Positions 20,000 to 29,048 of a DNA stretch of 64,000 bases are shown here, piece by piece (the stretch's first letter is position 1; the number at the start of each line of letters is the position of its first letter). The notes under the pieces were generated by a model. It was not told the origin of the DNA. It saw only the letters and a list, made by a program, of their open reading frames with translations, and ran no database searches. This stretch comes from an uncultured Candidatus Saccharibacteria bacterium (lineage in GTDB: Bacteria > Patescibacteriota > Saccharimonadia > Saccharimonadales > 2-12-FULL-41-12), in NCBI GenBank assembly GCA_964573095.1, contig CAZNIK010000001.1, forward strand, positions 381,159 through 445,158, written 5' to 3'. The translations under genes were made by a program, and so were the position numbers.

Positions 20000-21292
20000 T
20001 CACTTCGACTCTAGGGCCTCTACTCCTGGTAGTTTCTTGCCGCTCATGAGCTCCATACTTGCGCCTCCCCCGGTAGAAACGTGATAGAAATTGTTTACCA
20101 AATTTCTTCCCTCAACATATCCTACGGTATCGCCGCCGCCCACCACTACTCTTGGTTGATGACCGAATTGTCCCAACATGGCCTCGACGACTAGCTCTGT
20201 GCCTTGCGAAAATGGCCCGCTTGGGGTTTGCAGACCACTCACCTCCGTGACCCCCATCGTACCGTTCCAGATTACCGTATTAGAAAGCTGCATGGTACCA
20301 GCGATAAAAGCGCCCGAGAACGGCCCAATGTCGAGAATTTTTTCCGCCGCAGAGACCTCGCTCGCTTCGGGTTTTGGTGGCTTTGGGTAGCTTTCGATAT
20401 CTGCAATCACCTGTGTCCCCCAGTCAACTATTCTTGTTCTGACTTTGGTGTCGATCTCTTTGGCAACTACGCCGTCTTGGGGCACATAAAAAATAAAGCG
20501 TTGTTCTTTGGCTTTCTTTTTTGCCTTAGCAATAATGTCCCGGGCAAGCGCAATGTCATCCGCCTCAACCAGGCTGTCACCAACTCCAACACCTTGGGCT
20601 AACAGAAAGGTATTACTCATTGCGCCGCCAACAGCAACCACATCTGCGATATCTATCAAACGGTTAAGCAGGGCGATTTTGTCGGATATCTTTGCGCCGC
20701 CGACAAGCGCCATCAGCGGTCTTTCTGGGTGGAGCATAACGCCGTTGATAGCGGTCACCTCGGCCTCTAGCAGCAAACCGCTCACTGACAACAAGTGCTT
20801 CGTTATGGCGTCCGTGCTCGCATGAGCCCGATGAACAACTCCAAAGCCATCCTGGACAAACACATCAATATCTTGGGCTAATTGCCGGGCAAAACTGTCA
20901 TCATTTGCTTCTTCCTCCTTGTGAAATCGCAAGTTTTCGAGCAACAAGACTTTGCCGTGTTCGAGATTTCTTATGCGCCCGCGTGAATCTTCGCCAATAC
21001 AATCTGGGCTAAAATGGACCGGTGACTCAAGTAGGCTCGCCAGTCGCTTTGCCACAGGATGAAGTGATAATGCTTGGTCTTCTGGACCAGTGGGGCGACC
21101 AAGATGAGAGCAAATCACCACTTTACAGTTTTGGTCCATCAAATACTTAATGGTTGGCACCGAACGTGTAATCCGATAGTCGTCGGTGATTTTTCCATTT
21201 TTCAGAGGCACATTGTAGTCGGCTCTCACCAGCACGATTTTTCCTAATGTGTCTATGTCCCGAATGGTTTTTTTGTCAAAATGATTTGTCAT
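20000..21292 (-). CDS. pgk: phosphoglycerate kinase
   Basis: VLVRADYNVP, GRP hinge, GGAKISDKI and STGGGAS motifs. Start trimmed to MTNHFDKK (21292) so the gene no longer overlaps pyk. Confidence 0.9.
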   Translation of the reverse strand: MTNHFDKKTIRDIDTLGKIVLVRADYNVPLKNGKITDDYRITRSVPTIKYLMDQNCKVVICSHLGRPTGPEDQALSLHPVAKRLASLLESPVHFSPDCIGEDSRGRIRNLEHGKVLLLENLRFHKEEEANDDSFARQLAQDIDVFVQDGFGVVHRAHASTDAITKHLLSVSGLLLEAEVTAINGVMLHPERPLMALVGGAKISDKIALLNRLIDIADVVAVGGAMSNTFLLAQGVGVGDSLVEADDIALARDIIAKAKKKAKEQRFIFYVPQDGVVAKEIDTKVRTRIVDWGTQVIADIESYPKPPKPEASEVSAAEKILDIGPFSGAFIAGTMQLSNTVIWNGTMGVTEVSGLQTPSGPFSQGTELVVEAMLGQFGHQPRVVVGGGDTVGYVEGRNLVNNFYHVSTGGGASMELMSGKKLPGVEALESK

Positions 21293-21300
21293 ATTACTAT

Positions 21301-22731
21301 CTACAACACCCGTACCTTTATGGTGTCTGTTGTGCCCATCACGCCGGGGTACTTTCCAGAGGCAGTTACGACTACATCGCCTCTCTTTAATACCTTGCTC
21401 CGATGAAGCCAATTTGTCAGCTTGGTAGCTTGAAGCTTATTGTCGGGGCGAACATAACTTTTTGTGCCGTACACAACTGCAAGTTGCTGCGCCACTCTTG
21501 GGACAGAGGTGGCGGCGATTATCGGTATATTCGGCCTTCGAGACGAAACATGAAGTGCGGTCGCGCCAGATTTAGTTTCGGCCACAATTGCAACCGCATC
21601 AACCGAATTCGCAAGACGAATAATAGCGTTCGATATGGCGCGCGTCTTACCAGGCAGACTATCTATGTCAACAAGTACTGGACCGTGCAAGGCGTGACTC
21701 TGCGTGTAGGTCACTACCCGCTTCATCACAGAGACTGCTTCGATAGGGTATTTCCCGCTCGCCGTCTCGTCACTTAGCATTACCGCATCTGTGCCAAGCA
21801 ATACGGCTGTGGCGACGTCAGACACCTCGGCTCGCGTTGGCTCGGGCGACTCGCTCATACTCGCCAGCATTTGAGTGGCTACGATGGTTGGCTTGGCATG
21901 CTTCATCCCCAATTCAATAATTTTCCTTTGGATAATTGGTACTTCCTCGGGCAGTGTTTCGGTAGCCAAGTCGCCGCGGGCCACCATAAGTCCATCAGAT
22001 TCTTGCGCAATTAACTCTAGGTGGACAACTGCCAGCCTAGTCTCAATCTTGGCAATAATTTTGGCTGATGAACCCAAGTTAACTAACAATCGGCGCAGCT
22101 TTTTTATGTCGTCTGGCGTCTGAACAAAGCTCAGCGCCACATAGTCGATATCATTGGTTGAACCATAGGCAATATCTTCTTGGTCTTTTTTGGTAATAAT
22201 ATCTCCCAAAAAATCTGTATCGGGCACGTTGATCCCTTTGCGCTTTATCAAAATTCCACCGTTCTCGGCGCGCACAAACACCTTTTTGTCTTTTACAGCA
22301 GTTACCGTGGTCCTAATTTTGCCATCATAAAGATAGAGTCGCTCGCCCCGTTTTACCTTTTTACTAAGATCATACTGAATCGGCAGCACACCCGTTCGCT
22401 CATAATCAGCTTCATAGCCAAACGTGAGACTTTGCCCAAGCGCAACATTTACGATCCCTTCAAAATCACCCAGGCGTATTTTGGGACCTTGCAAATCTTG
22501 AATAATTGCGACCGGTTTCCCCGCTGCTTTTGAGGCTTTGCGTATCCACGCTATTTGCTGATCTCGCTCTTTGTGGGTGCCATGACTAAAGTTAAGACGA
22601 AGACCATTCGCCCCAGATTTAATCAGTCGCTCTATCGACTCGTATGAGTTTGTAGAAGGGCCGACCGTGGCTATAATTTTGGTTCTTTTGAACGCTTTAA
22701 GAGGTACGTTTGGTATTTTATGTGTTGACAC
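21301..22731 (-). CDS. pyk: pyruvate kinase
   Basis: TKIIATVGP, NFSHG, MVARGDL and a C-terminal regulatory domain. 476 aa. Confidence 0.9.
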   Translation of the reverse strand: MSTHKIPNVPLKAFKRTKIIATVGPSTNSYESIERLIKSGANGLRLNFSHGTHKERDQQIAWIRKASKAAGKPVAIIQDLQGPKIRLGDFEGIVNVALGQSLTFGYEADYERTGVLPIQYDLSKKVKRGERLYLYDGKIRTTVTAVKDKKVFVRAENGGILIKRKGINVPDTDFLGDIITKKDQEDIAYGSTNDIDYVALSFVQTPDDIKKLRRLLVNLGSSAKIIAKIETRLAVVHLELIAQESDGLMVARGDLATETLPEEVPIIQRKIIELGMKHAKPTIVATQMLASMSESPEPTRAEVSDVATAVLLGTDAVMLSDETASGKYPIEAVSVMKRVVTYTQSHALHGPVLVDIDSLPGKTRAISNAIIRLANSVDAVAIVAETKSGATALHVSSRRPNIPIIAATSVPRVAQQLAVVYGTKSYVRPDNKLQATKLTNWLHRSKVLKRGDVVVTASGKYPGVMGTTDTIKVRVL

Positions 22732-22812
22732 TCGAAATCATCCCACCAGTTGATTTTCTGATTGTATATCTGTCAATAGTGTAACCGTTTATGGCTATTT
22801 GGGGCAACTATT

Positions 22813-23231
22813 CAAAACAACCAACTAAAATACCCCGGGCAGAACCGGGGCGCTTTAGTTGGTGACCTCAAGGGGAATCGACTCACCTTCGGCGAGCCCG
22901 TCGCAACATCTTTCAAAACCAGTTTTGAAGAGTTGACTCCCTTGCGCAGTGCCACCGGCACTGCTCACCCGATTGGGCAATAGGGGTTCGAGTCATAAAA
23001 AAACAACCAACTAAAATACCCCGGGCAGAACCGGGGCACTTTAGTTGGTGACCTCAAGGGGAATCGACTCACCTTCGGCGAGCCCGTCGCAACATCTTTC
23101 AAAACCAGTTTTGAAGAGTTGACTCCCTTGCGCAGTGCCACCGGCACTGCTCACCCGATTGGGCAATAGGGGTTCGAGTCATAAAAAAACAACCAACTAA
23201 AATACCCCGGGCAGAACCGGGGCACTTTAGT
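22813..23231 (-). repeat. tandem array: 2 full 186-bp units plus a partial third, each holding a terminator, a structured module and the last 22 nt of tRNA-Glu
   Basis: The period is exactly 186 bp (CAACCAAC anchors at 22818, 23004 and 23190). The units differ at 1 position (22851 g vs a). The tRNA-Glu 3' fragment TCGATTCCCCTTGAGGTCACCA (minus strand) lies at 22860..22881 and 23046..23067. Terminator copies lie at 22813..22859, 22999..23045 and 23185..23231. Confidence 0.95.
23185..23231 (-). terminator. rho-independent terminator directly after tRNA-Glu CCA
   Basis: Minus strand: ACTAAAGT-GCCCCGG-TTCTGC-CCGGGG-T-ATTTTAGT followed by TGGTTGTTTTTTT. The G:U wobble is compatible with the minus-strand RNA. 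Confidence 0.7.
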
Positions 23232-23306
23232 TGGTGACCTCAAGGGGAATCGAACCCCTATTGCCGGGATGAAAACCCGGTGTCCTAACCGTTAGACGAT
23301 GAGGCC
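23232..23306 (-). tRNA. tRNA-Glu (anticodon TTC), CCA encoded
   Basis: GGCCTCA-TC-GTCT-AACGGTTA-GGAC-A-CCGGG-TTTTCAT-CCCGG-CAAT-AGGGG-TTCGATT-CCCCT-TGAGGTC-ACCA gives a full cloverleaf of 75 nt. Confidence 0.9.
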
Positions 23307-23388
23307 ATACGCTGTGCTTGGTTTGAATTGTTAAGCTTACTGCTGCTATGTGCTAAAACTTGTTATCTAGAACGGTTAAGATGTCCTA

Positions 23389-23475
23389 GTCACGTTCCGC
23401 GACCCCGAAACTTCGCTATTGGCAAACCAGTTGCCATCGGAAGGTTTCCTTGCAAGCTGCCACTGGCAGTTCTCA
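23389..23475. repeat. 87-nt structured core module upstream of tRNA-Glu (about 89% identical to 45572..45658)
   Basis: Hairpins on the + strand are GTCACG-TTC-CGCGAC, TGGCAA-ACCAG-TTGCCA, GGAA-GGT-TTCC and AGCTGCC-ACT-GGCAGTT, followed by TCA. See findings. Confidence 0.85.
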
Positions 23476-23494
23476 CGTTAGACGATGAGGCCAT
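23476..23494 (-). pseudogene. orphan 5' fragment of tRNA-Glu (nt 1-17 plus 2 upstream nt)
   Basis: The minus strand ATGGCCTCATCGTCTAACG is identical to 23290..23308 and lies exactly 186 bp upstream of the intact gene. Confidence 0.9.
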
Positions 23495-23527
23495 TCTCTC
23501 TTGTTTAGCTGGGGTATTTTAGCAAAT

Positions 23528-23568
23528 AAACCCCAGAAGCTCCACCCTTCTGAGGTTTATCGTTTTTG
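23528..23568. terminator. stem-loop/terminator between the surface-protein operon and the tRNA-Glu locus
   Basis: AAACCCCAGAAG-CTCCACC-CTTCTGAGGTTT (12-bp stem with 1 mismatch), followed by a T-run on the + strand. Confidence 0.4.
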
Positions 23569-23676
23569 CTAAATTGTAGTGTTAGTTTTCTTGAGCGGTC
23601 AGTCATTGCTCTCGTAACTAATGAAACATTAGCACATTTTGTGGTTCTTGACTAGACCACTTATCCACAGAACTGT

Positions 23677-25323
23677 TTAGACACGGTAGTACTTGCGCGA
23701 GAAGACATAGTAGCCAACACCGCTCGCAAGACTGACTGCAACAAAGATTGCTGCAACATCACCAGGACCCGTGTCCGGCAACGAGGTTGTAGTCGTGCCG
23801 GTTGGAGGCGTAACAGGAGGTTTTGGAGGAGTTGGTGGCGTCGTGAAGTTAAGCGCAGCTGCACACTTATCGCTCTCAGCAATCTTTAGCTCACCGTTCA
23901 CCAAAACTTCTACCTTTACGCGAGCAACGTATTGCCCATCTTTTGCATACGTGTGCTCGACCATGCTTTGGTCAGTTTTGAATTCTTCTGTGCCGTCACC
24001 AAAGGTGTAGAAGTATCGCTTGATAGTTGCACCATTGGTTGCAGTGGCGTTTGTAGTGAACTTGACCGTTCTGCCTTGCAAAATTTGAGCTTGCAACAGA
24101 TCACAACTATACGTTGGGTTTACTGGAGGATTACAGTTCTCTTTGGTAATAACTACGTCAGCGTCATCTTTAATCTCATACGGATACTCTTTCGACTTCG
24201 CGTACGCGACGTTCCGTATTCGTGTTTGACATGGTTCAAAGTCGCCCTTAAGCACAGTTGTAAACGTTATCAATGTATTGTCATTTGGGTTATACTTACC
24301 GGCGTTGTAGCCCCCGCCAAACAATGGTCCATCGAGAAGAGTTTGACTACCTTTTGCGTTAGTAAACTTCACCGATCCTGGAACAAGTTCAACATGGGGT
24401 GGCAGTGCATCTCGAGTAACTACGTCGGTAAGTGGCGCAAGACCAGTGTTCTTGGTGTTCAATAACCAATCGACTTTCTCCCCGGGCTTTCCAGAAACTT
24501 CGGATACCCATCCGCCGGTTTGACCCGACTTGTTCTTCCTAACTTGTTTTGTAAGGCCCATGTTAGGCACTTCTTTGGGTGTGACAACTACGGTAATTTG
24601 AACTTGAGCATCATACTGGAAACAACCTGGAAGATTGCCATTAAGTTCGTTCCAGCCAATTTTAGTACCGGTTGTAACTACGCTGTCTGGCAGCGTAACA
24701 CCGTTGGCAAACGGACCGTTGTTTCGGAGTATTGCCGAACCTGGCTTGTAGCTCATAGTAAAGTTTTTAGTCGATGTGAAGTCAACCGTATCAACGACTT
24801 GACTCGGGGTTGCGTTACTTGCAGAAATATAACCAACTGCTCGTAGCGCATTTCCTTCTACTCCAGGTAACGCAAATCGAACGGTCGTGTCTTTTGCGAT
24901 CCCCTTGCCACTCGCATTGGTGTTTTGGTTGGCATTGTTGTGAACGTACATACGAAGCACAACTTCTTTGCTTGCGCCGGTGGTTACATTCGTTAGAGGA
25001 TCTTTGTAGCTGCCGGCGGCGGTGTTTTCTTTAAGCCGTGCGTCAAGAAACTCACGCTCGTCACCATAGCTTGGTGTATTAACAAAAGAGTTAAATACAG
25101 GACCGTTTAATGAGCCGCAGCGTCCGTTTTGGGTAGCTGGGTCATTCGCGTCGTCGTTACAATTGCTACTAGCACTGCCTTTGTTGTAGTCAAAGGTTGG
25201 ACGACCTGGAAAGAATCCAGCATCAACCACAAGTGGTGCTACAACTACTGCAGTCAAAGAACCTACTACTATTGCCAACTTGGTCTTGCGACTAAGAGAG
25301 CGTATTTTGTTGAAAATCCTCAT
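23677..25323 (-). CDS. LPXTG-anchored cell-surface protein
   Basis: N-terminal signal/TM, Ig/PKD-like repeats (YFYTFGDGTEEF), a Pro/Thr linker and a C-terminal LPDTG plus hydrophobic helix plus RKYYRV sorting signal. Confidence 0.8.
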   Translation of the reverse strand: MRIFNKIRSLSRKTKLAIVVGSLTAVVVAPLVVDAGFFPGRPTFDYNKGSASSNCNDDANDPATQNGRCGSLNGPVFNSFVNTPSYGDEREFLDARLKENTAAGSYKDPLTNVTTGASKEVVLRMYVHNNANQNTNASGKGIAKDTTVRFALPGVEGNALRAVGYISASNATPSQVVDTVDFTSTKNFTMSYKPGSAILRNNGPFANGVTLPDSVVTTGTKIGWNELNGNLPGCFQYDAQVQITVVVTPKEVPNMGLTKQVRKNKSGQTGGWVSEVSGKPGEKVDWLLNTKNTGLAPLTDVVTRDALPPHVELVPGSVKFTNAKGSQTLLDGPLFGGGYNAGKYNPNDNTLITFTTVLKGDFEPCQTRIRNVAYAKSKEYPYEIKDDADVVITKENCNPPVNPTYSCDLLQAQILQGRTVKFTTNATATNGATIKRYFYTFGDGTEEFKTDQSMVEHTYAKDGQYVARVKVEVLVNGELKIAESDKCAAALNFTTPPTPPKPPVTPPTGTTTTSLPDTGPGDVAAIFVAVSLASGVGYYVFSRKYYRV

Positions 25324-27074
25324 TATTGATTCTCCCCATTACTTGCATTGCTAATATTCCATTTGCCATTCTTTCCCCTTCTAGCCCGTAGAGCTCCTCC
25401 GAGAGCTAGAGGCAAAGCAAACATTGCATTTGGGTCAGTCGGACCTCCCTGGCCTTCGCCATTAGAGGTGCCAGGTACTGGTGCCTCAGGTACGCCGTTG
25501 CCCCCTTGGTTGCCAGTTTCGGCGGGTGGACGATTTTGTCCCTCAGAACTCGGTCGTTGTGGAGCTGGAGGCTGAGGTGCAGGTGGCCGGGCTACAGAGT
25601 CTGGGGTTGGTCCCGCAGTTGGTTCGGTTTTTTCCTGGACTCCAGTAGGATTACCTTTGCCGCGGTCAGCTTGTACGGGAGAGTCGCCTGTGCCAGGACT
25701 TCCCTCGTCGGTTTTTGGTGTAAGCTTCACAATTCTTTTACCTCCAGTTTGGTTGGTATTTGAGGTCTTGTCTGGCTTATCTGGTTGTGGCTTAACTTTT
25801 CCGCCACCGCCGGTTGTGTTGGTGGTAGAAGTTCTTTGGCCTTGGCTCGTACTAATAGTACTTCCAACGAACTCACGTACGCTCACAGGATTTCCTTGGA
25901 CATCGTTCCAACAAGTTCCAATAGATTGGTCACTTCCCCCACCAACCTTAAATAGCGCTTTCTTACCATTTTCTAGAGTCATTTCCAAAAACAAGACGTT
26001 ACTAAAGTTTTGTCGAACACTAAATACGTCGTGTTCGCTTCGTTGGGCCGCATTCTCGGAATTAGGAATAGACATTTTTAGAAGACGATAGTTTGTGCCC
26101 TCATCAGCCATTTTATTGAGTATCCAGGCACGAGCCTCACTTACGCTAGTTGGAAGCTCAGAAGTAAGTGGTCTGTCGTGGAGGTTGTTATAGGTCGTTA
26201 CCACGTTTCCGTCATCACTGTGTCGACTAAGAGCCACCATCTCTATCGCAGTTGGGAGGGTAATCGCTTCTTTATTGACCGCAGCATGCGCTTGTTGGTT
26301 ATAGGAGTGAGAAACACGTATTTCTGGTGACTCGGCAATTTTCCTCACATTTGCCTTGGCGTCAGCAACAGAACCGCTCTTTATAAGCTTTGCGGCCTCG
26401 TTTAGGCTTGCACCTCGAAGTGCGTTGCCGCTCGGAAAGGTAGGTTTATCACCAGATTTATCGCTTGGAAGACCAGGTTTGGCTTTGTCTCCGCTGCCAC
26501 CTGGGTTAGAAGGTTTTTTGTCCGTGTACTTAGCTGGAATGGTGCCGCTGAGCACATTCGGTGTTTTGTCCTTGTCGTCAGTGAGCTTGCCTACAGCAAA
26601 ACCAATGCCGGCGCCAATAGCAGCCGCTACCACTACCGCTCCAATTTTGCGACTCTTCCGCTTGAACCAATTTTCGCGACTTGAAGAATTGTTTGCCGCA
26701 CGATCTCTTGAGGCGAATGGTCCCGGAGTTGGAGGCAAAAATGTGCCGCCACCTGTAGCGCTTGGTGCGTCAGCTTGGTCGTCATCTTGAGTCCTTGACC
26801 CTTGCGACCCATCATCAACAGGGTTGTCTGGCGCTGGCTGGGGAGCAACTACGGCTTGTTCGCCGAGCATACCTACAAGGCGTTCCAATCGATCTGCTAC
26901 GTTTGCAATGCTTTCGCCGGCTTGCCGAAGTTCTACAGCGGCACGACCGATTTCATTACGTATTTCACCCTGCAACAGAGCGTTTCGCGCTTCTAGCGCT
27001 GCCACTCTCTCCGTTAGCGCGATATTTTCTAATTCCAGTGGGTTTCGTCCCCCTAGATCTTCTGGTGTTGCCAT
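25323..27074 (-). CDS. hypothetical membrane/surface protein (coiled-coil N-terminus, one TM, Pro/Gly-rich tail, C-terminal hydrophobic and basic segment)
   Basis: 583 aa. The TAATG stop/start overlap with the downstream LPXTG gene indicates an operon. No family recognised. Confidence 0.6.
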   Translation of the reverse strand: MATPEDLGGRNPLELENIALTERVAALEARNALLQGEIRNEIGRAAVELRQAGESIANVADRLERLVGMLGEQAVVAPQPAPDNPVDDGSQGSRTQDDDQADAPSATGGGTFLPPTPGPFASRDRAANNSSSRENWFKRKSRKIGAVVVAAAIGAGIGFAVGKLTDDKDKTPNVLSGTIPAKYTDKKPSNPGGSGDKAKPGLPSDKSGDKPTFPSGNALRGASLNEAAKLIKSGSVADAKANVRKIAESPEIRVSHSYNQQAHAAVNKEAITLPTAIEMVALSRHSDDGNVVTTYNNLHDRPLTSELPTSVSEARAWILNKMADEGTNYRLLKMSIPNSENAAQRSEHDVFSVRQNFSNVLFLEMTLENGKKALFKVGGGSDQSIGTCWNDVQGNPVSVREFVGSTISTSQGQRTSTTNTTGGGGKVKPQPDKPDKTSNTNQTGGKRIVKLTPKTDEGSPGTGDSPVQADRGKGNPTGVQEKTEPTAGPTPDSVARPPAPQPPAPQRPSSEGQNRPPAETGNQGGNGVPEAPVPGTSNGEGQGGPTDPNAMFALPLALGGALRARRGKNGKWNISNASNGENQ

Positions 27075-27293
27075 ATCCTTGGTTCCTCCCCTAGTAACTC
27101 CACTAGGATTCTTATATTAGGTTGTTCCCCACACCTCTCGTGCTTAGTGGCACAAAACGTGTTATGACATACAATATATCACAACAATTCTAAATTGTCA
27201 ATATTGTTAGATAATTATATTCATAAGCAACTTCACCTCTGTCAACGCAATTGCTTTTTGTGCACTTGACCGGTTTTTACCGTTTGCTGTTGC

Positions 27294-28898
27294 TTATGAG
27301 CTTGGTTTTGAAGCAGGTTTTGGCAGCAGCTTTGCTATTTCGAAACAGAAGCCAAAAGTACTCCCCTTGCCCTCTTGGCTTTCGAACAAGATTGTGCCGC
27401 CTTGGGCTACCACGACCTTTTTTGCCATAAATAGACCGAGGCCACTGCCGTCTGGGCGCGCCTTTCTGGCATTTGATGCACGATAAAATTTGGTAAACAT
27501 ATGGGCTTGTTCGTTTTTGGGCACCCCAAAACCACTATCCTTGACAGTAAAATAGAGATGTTTCTTGTCTTGCTTCAACTCAACAGCAATCTTGCCGCCA
27601 CTGGGCGTATAGTAAATTGCATTATCTATATAGTTCATTATTACTTGACGTATTTTTGTTTCGTCGAGCATAAGCGCTGGAAAGTCTTTGGGCTTCGTGT
27701 AGGTTATCTGCAGTTTTTTATTCGAAAACGCTTCTTTTAGCTGGTCAATCTCACTTTGGATAACGTCTGGCAAATATGATTCGACTGGATTGATTACAAA
27801 CTTGCCGGTTTTCAGCCTCGACACATTTAAAAGATCAGCAATAAGATAGACCATTCGCTGCGAACTTGAGAATGCTTGACCCAAGAGCTGGCGCTGCAAG
27901 GGGCTTATTTTGCCGGCATCGCCCTCTAAAACCATGCTCACATAGCCCTTTACCGAAGTAAGCGGTGTTCGGAGCTGGTGGCTGGCCATGCTAATAAACT
28001 CATCCTTGGTGTCATCCATTTCTTTTAGTTTTTGGTTGGTACGACGAAGTTTTGCCGTGGCTTCTTCGATGCGTTCTTGGAGAAGTACATTAAATTGCTG
28101 AATCTCTTCAAACCGCAGCGAGTTTTGAATCGCAATAAGGAGTTCATCAGCAATAATGTCAATGATTTTTATATCCTCCACACTATACGGTTTGCCGCTT
28201 TTCTTTGGACCCAAAACGAGATAGGCTACCGCCTCCTTGGTTTGGTAATATTCTTCTACGAGCGGGCGAACAATTGCCAGATTATTCTCAACCAGTACCT
28301 TTTTTAGCTCGCCCTCTGAATTATCAATTTCGGCGGTAACCGCCATAATCTGACCCCGCTTTAGCAACTCTTGACGCAGATCATCAAGATCGTGGGCGCT
28401 AATTGTGACTTTCGATTCGTTTCTTATTTTTAGCTTGCCAGATTCCAGATCCTTGATCGCAATCAAACAAAACTGACACTTTATGTTCTCCTCGATAACG
28501 CTTGCGACGCGTCGAAGCAAAATACCAACCTCAATATTAGAAGCAATTGCGTGATTAAGTTCATTTAGGAAGCCTTGGGGGTCATAACTATCCCGAAAAA
28601 ACAAACGATTAGTAATCTTATCAAACGCGCGTTTGAAAAGTGGTGCCGTGGCGGCAACCAACAGTGCAGCGACAAATGGAATGATGTCATTTGGGCTCGA
28701 GGTATCGCTAGAAAGTATTTGGGTCGAACCAAAAATAATTCCCACATACAATGCCCCAAGAATAGTAACCAGTAATGTATACGCAAGCGATCTTGCAGCG
28801 ATAAAACGAATGTCGAACAGCCTGCGCCCCGCAAACCCGTATACTAACAAGCCAGCAACGACAAGAACCAGAATTAAGCTAGTTATGCTTATCCACAT
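27294..28898 (-). CDS. sensor histidine kinase
   Basis: N-terminal TM helices, H-box MASHQLRTPLTSV and HATPase boxes (NAIYYTP, DSGFGV, GSGLGL). Confidence 0.85.
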   Translation of the reverse strand: MWISITSLILVLVVAGLLVYGFAGRRLFDIRFIAARSLAYTLLVTILGALYVGIIFGSTQILSSDTSSPNDIIPFVAALLVAATAPLFKRAFDKITNRLFFRDSYDPQGFLNELNHAIASNIEVGILLRRVASVIEENIKCQFCLIAIKDLESGKLKIRNESKVTISAHDLDDLRQELLKRGQIMAVTAEIDNSEGELKKVLVENNLAIVRPLVEEYYQTKEAVAYLVLGPKKSGKPYSVEDIKIIDIIADELLIAIQNSLRFEEIQQFNVLLQERIEEATAKLRRTNQKLKEMDDTKDEFISMASHQLRTPLTSVKGYVSMVLEGDAGKISPLQRQLLGQAFSSSQRMVYLIADLLNVSRLKTGKFVINPVESYLPDVIQSEIDQLKEAFSNKKLQITYTKPKDFPALMLDETKIRQVIMNYIDNAIYYTPSGGKIAVELKQDKKHLYFTVKDSGFGVPKNEQAHMFTKFYRASNARKARPDGSGLGLFMAKKVVVAQGGTILFESQEGKGSTFGFCFEIAKLLPKPASKPSS

Positions 28899-29048
28899 TG
28901 GTAAGCATTATGTACTAATTTTGACCAAAAACAAAAGCCTTCCAAAAGAGATACGCCCCCACGCATGTCTGGACATGTGTTTCATCGTCCACTGTAGTAG
29001 CGGCAACAAACATAACCCATAGATAGTTTTATTATTTTCATCTACAAT

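Noticed and set aside
21293-21412. N-terminal 40-aa extension of pgk overlapping the pyk 3' end.
   Set aside because: The extension (MASSEQGIKERRCSRN...) is not PGK-like. The canonical PGK N-terminus starts at the Met at 21292, 9 nt after the pyk stop.
22860-23189. Self-cleaving ribozyme (hammerhead-type) in the 186-bp unit, as in retrozyme or viroid-like tandem repeats.
   Set aside because: I looked for CUGAUGA...GAAA cores on both strands of the unit and found none. Other ribozyme classes cannot be excluded by eye.
22813-23231. A regular repeat array that could be mistaken for a CRISPR locus.
   Set aside because: The period is 186 bp and whole units are near-identical, so there are no unique spacers. 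The units contain tRNA-derived sequence and terminators. No cas genes are nearby.
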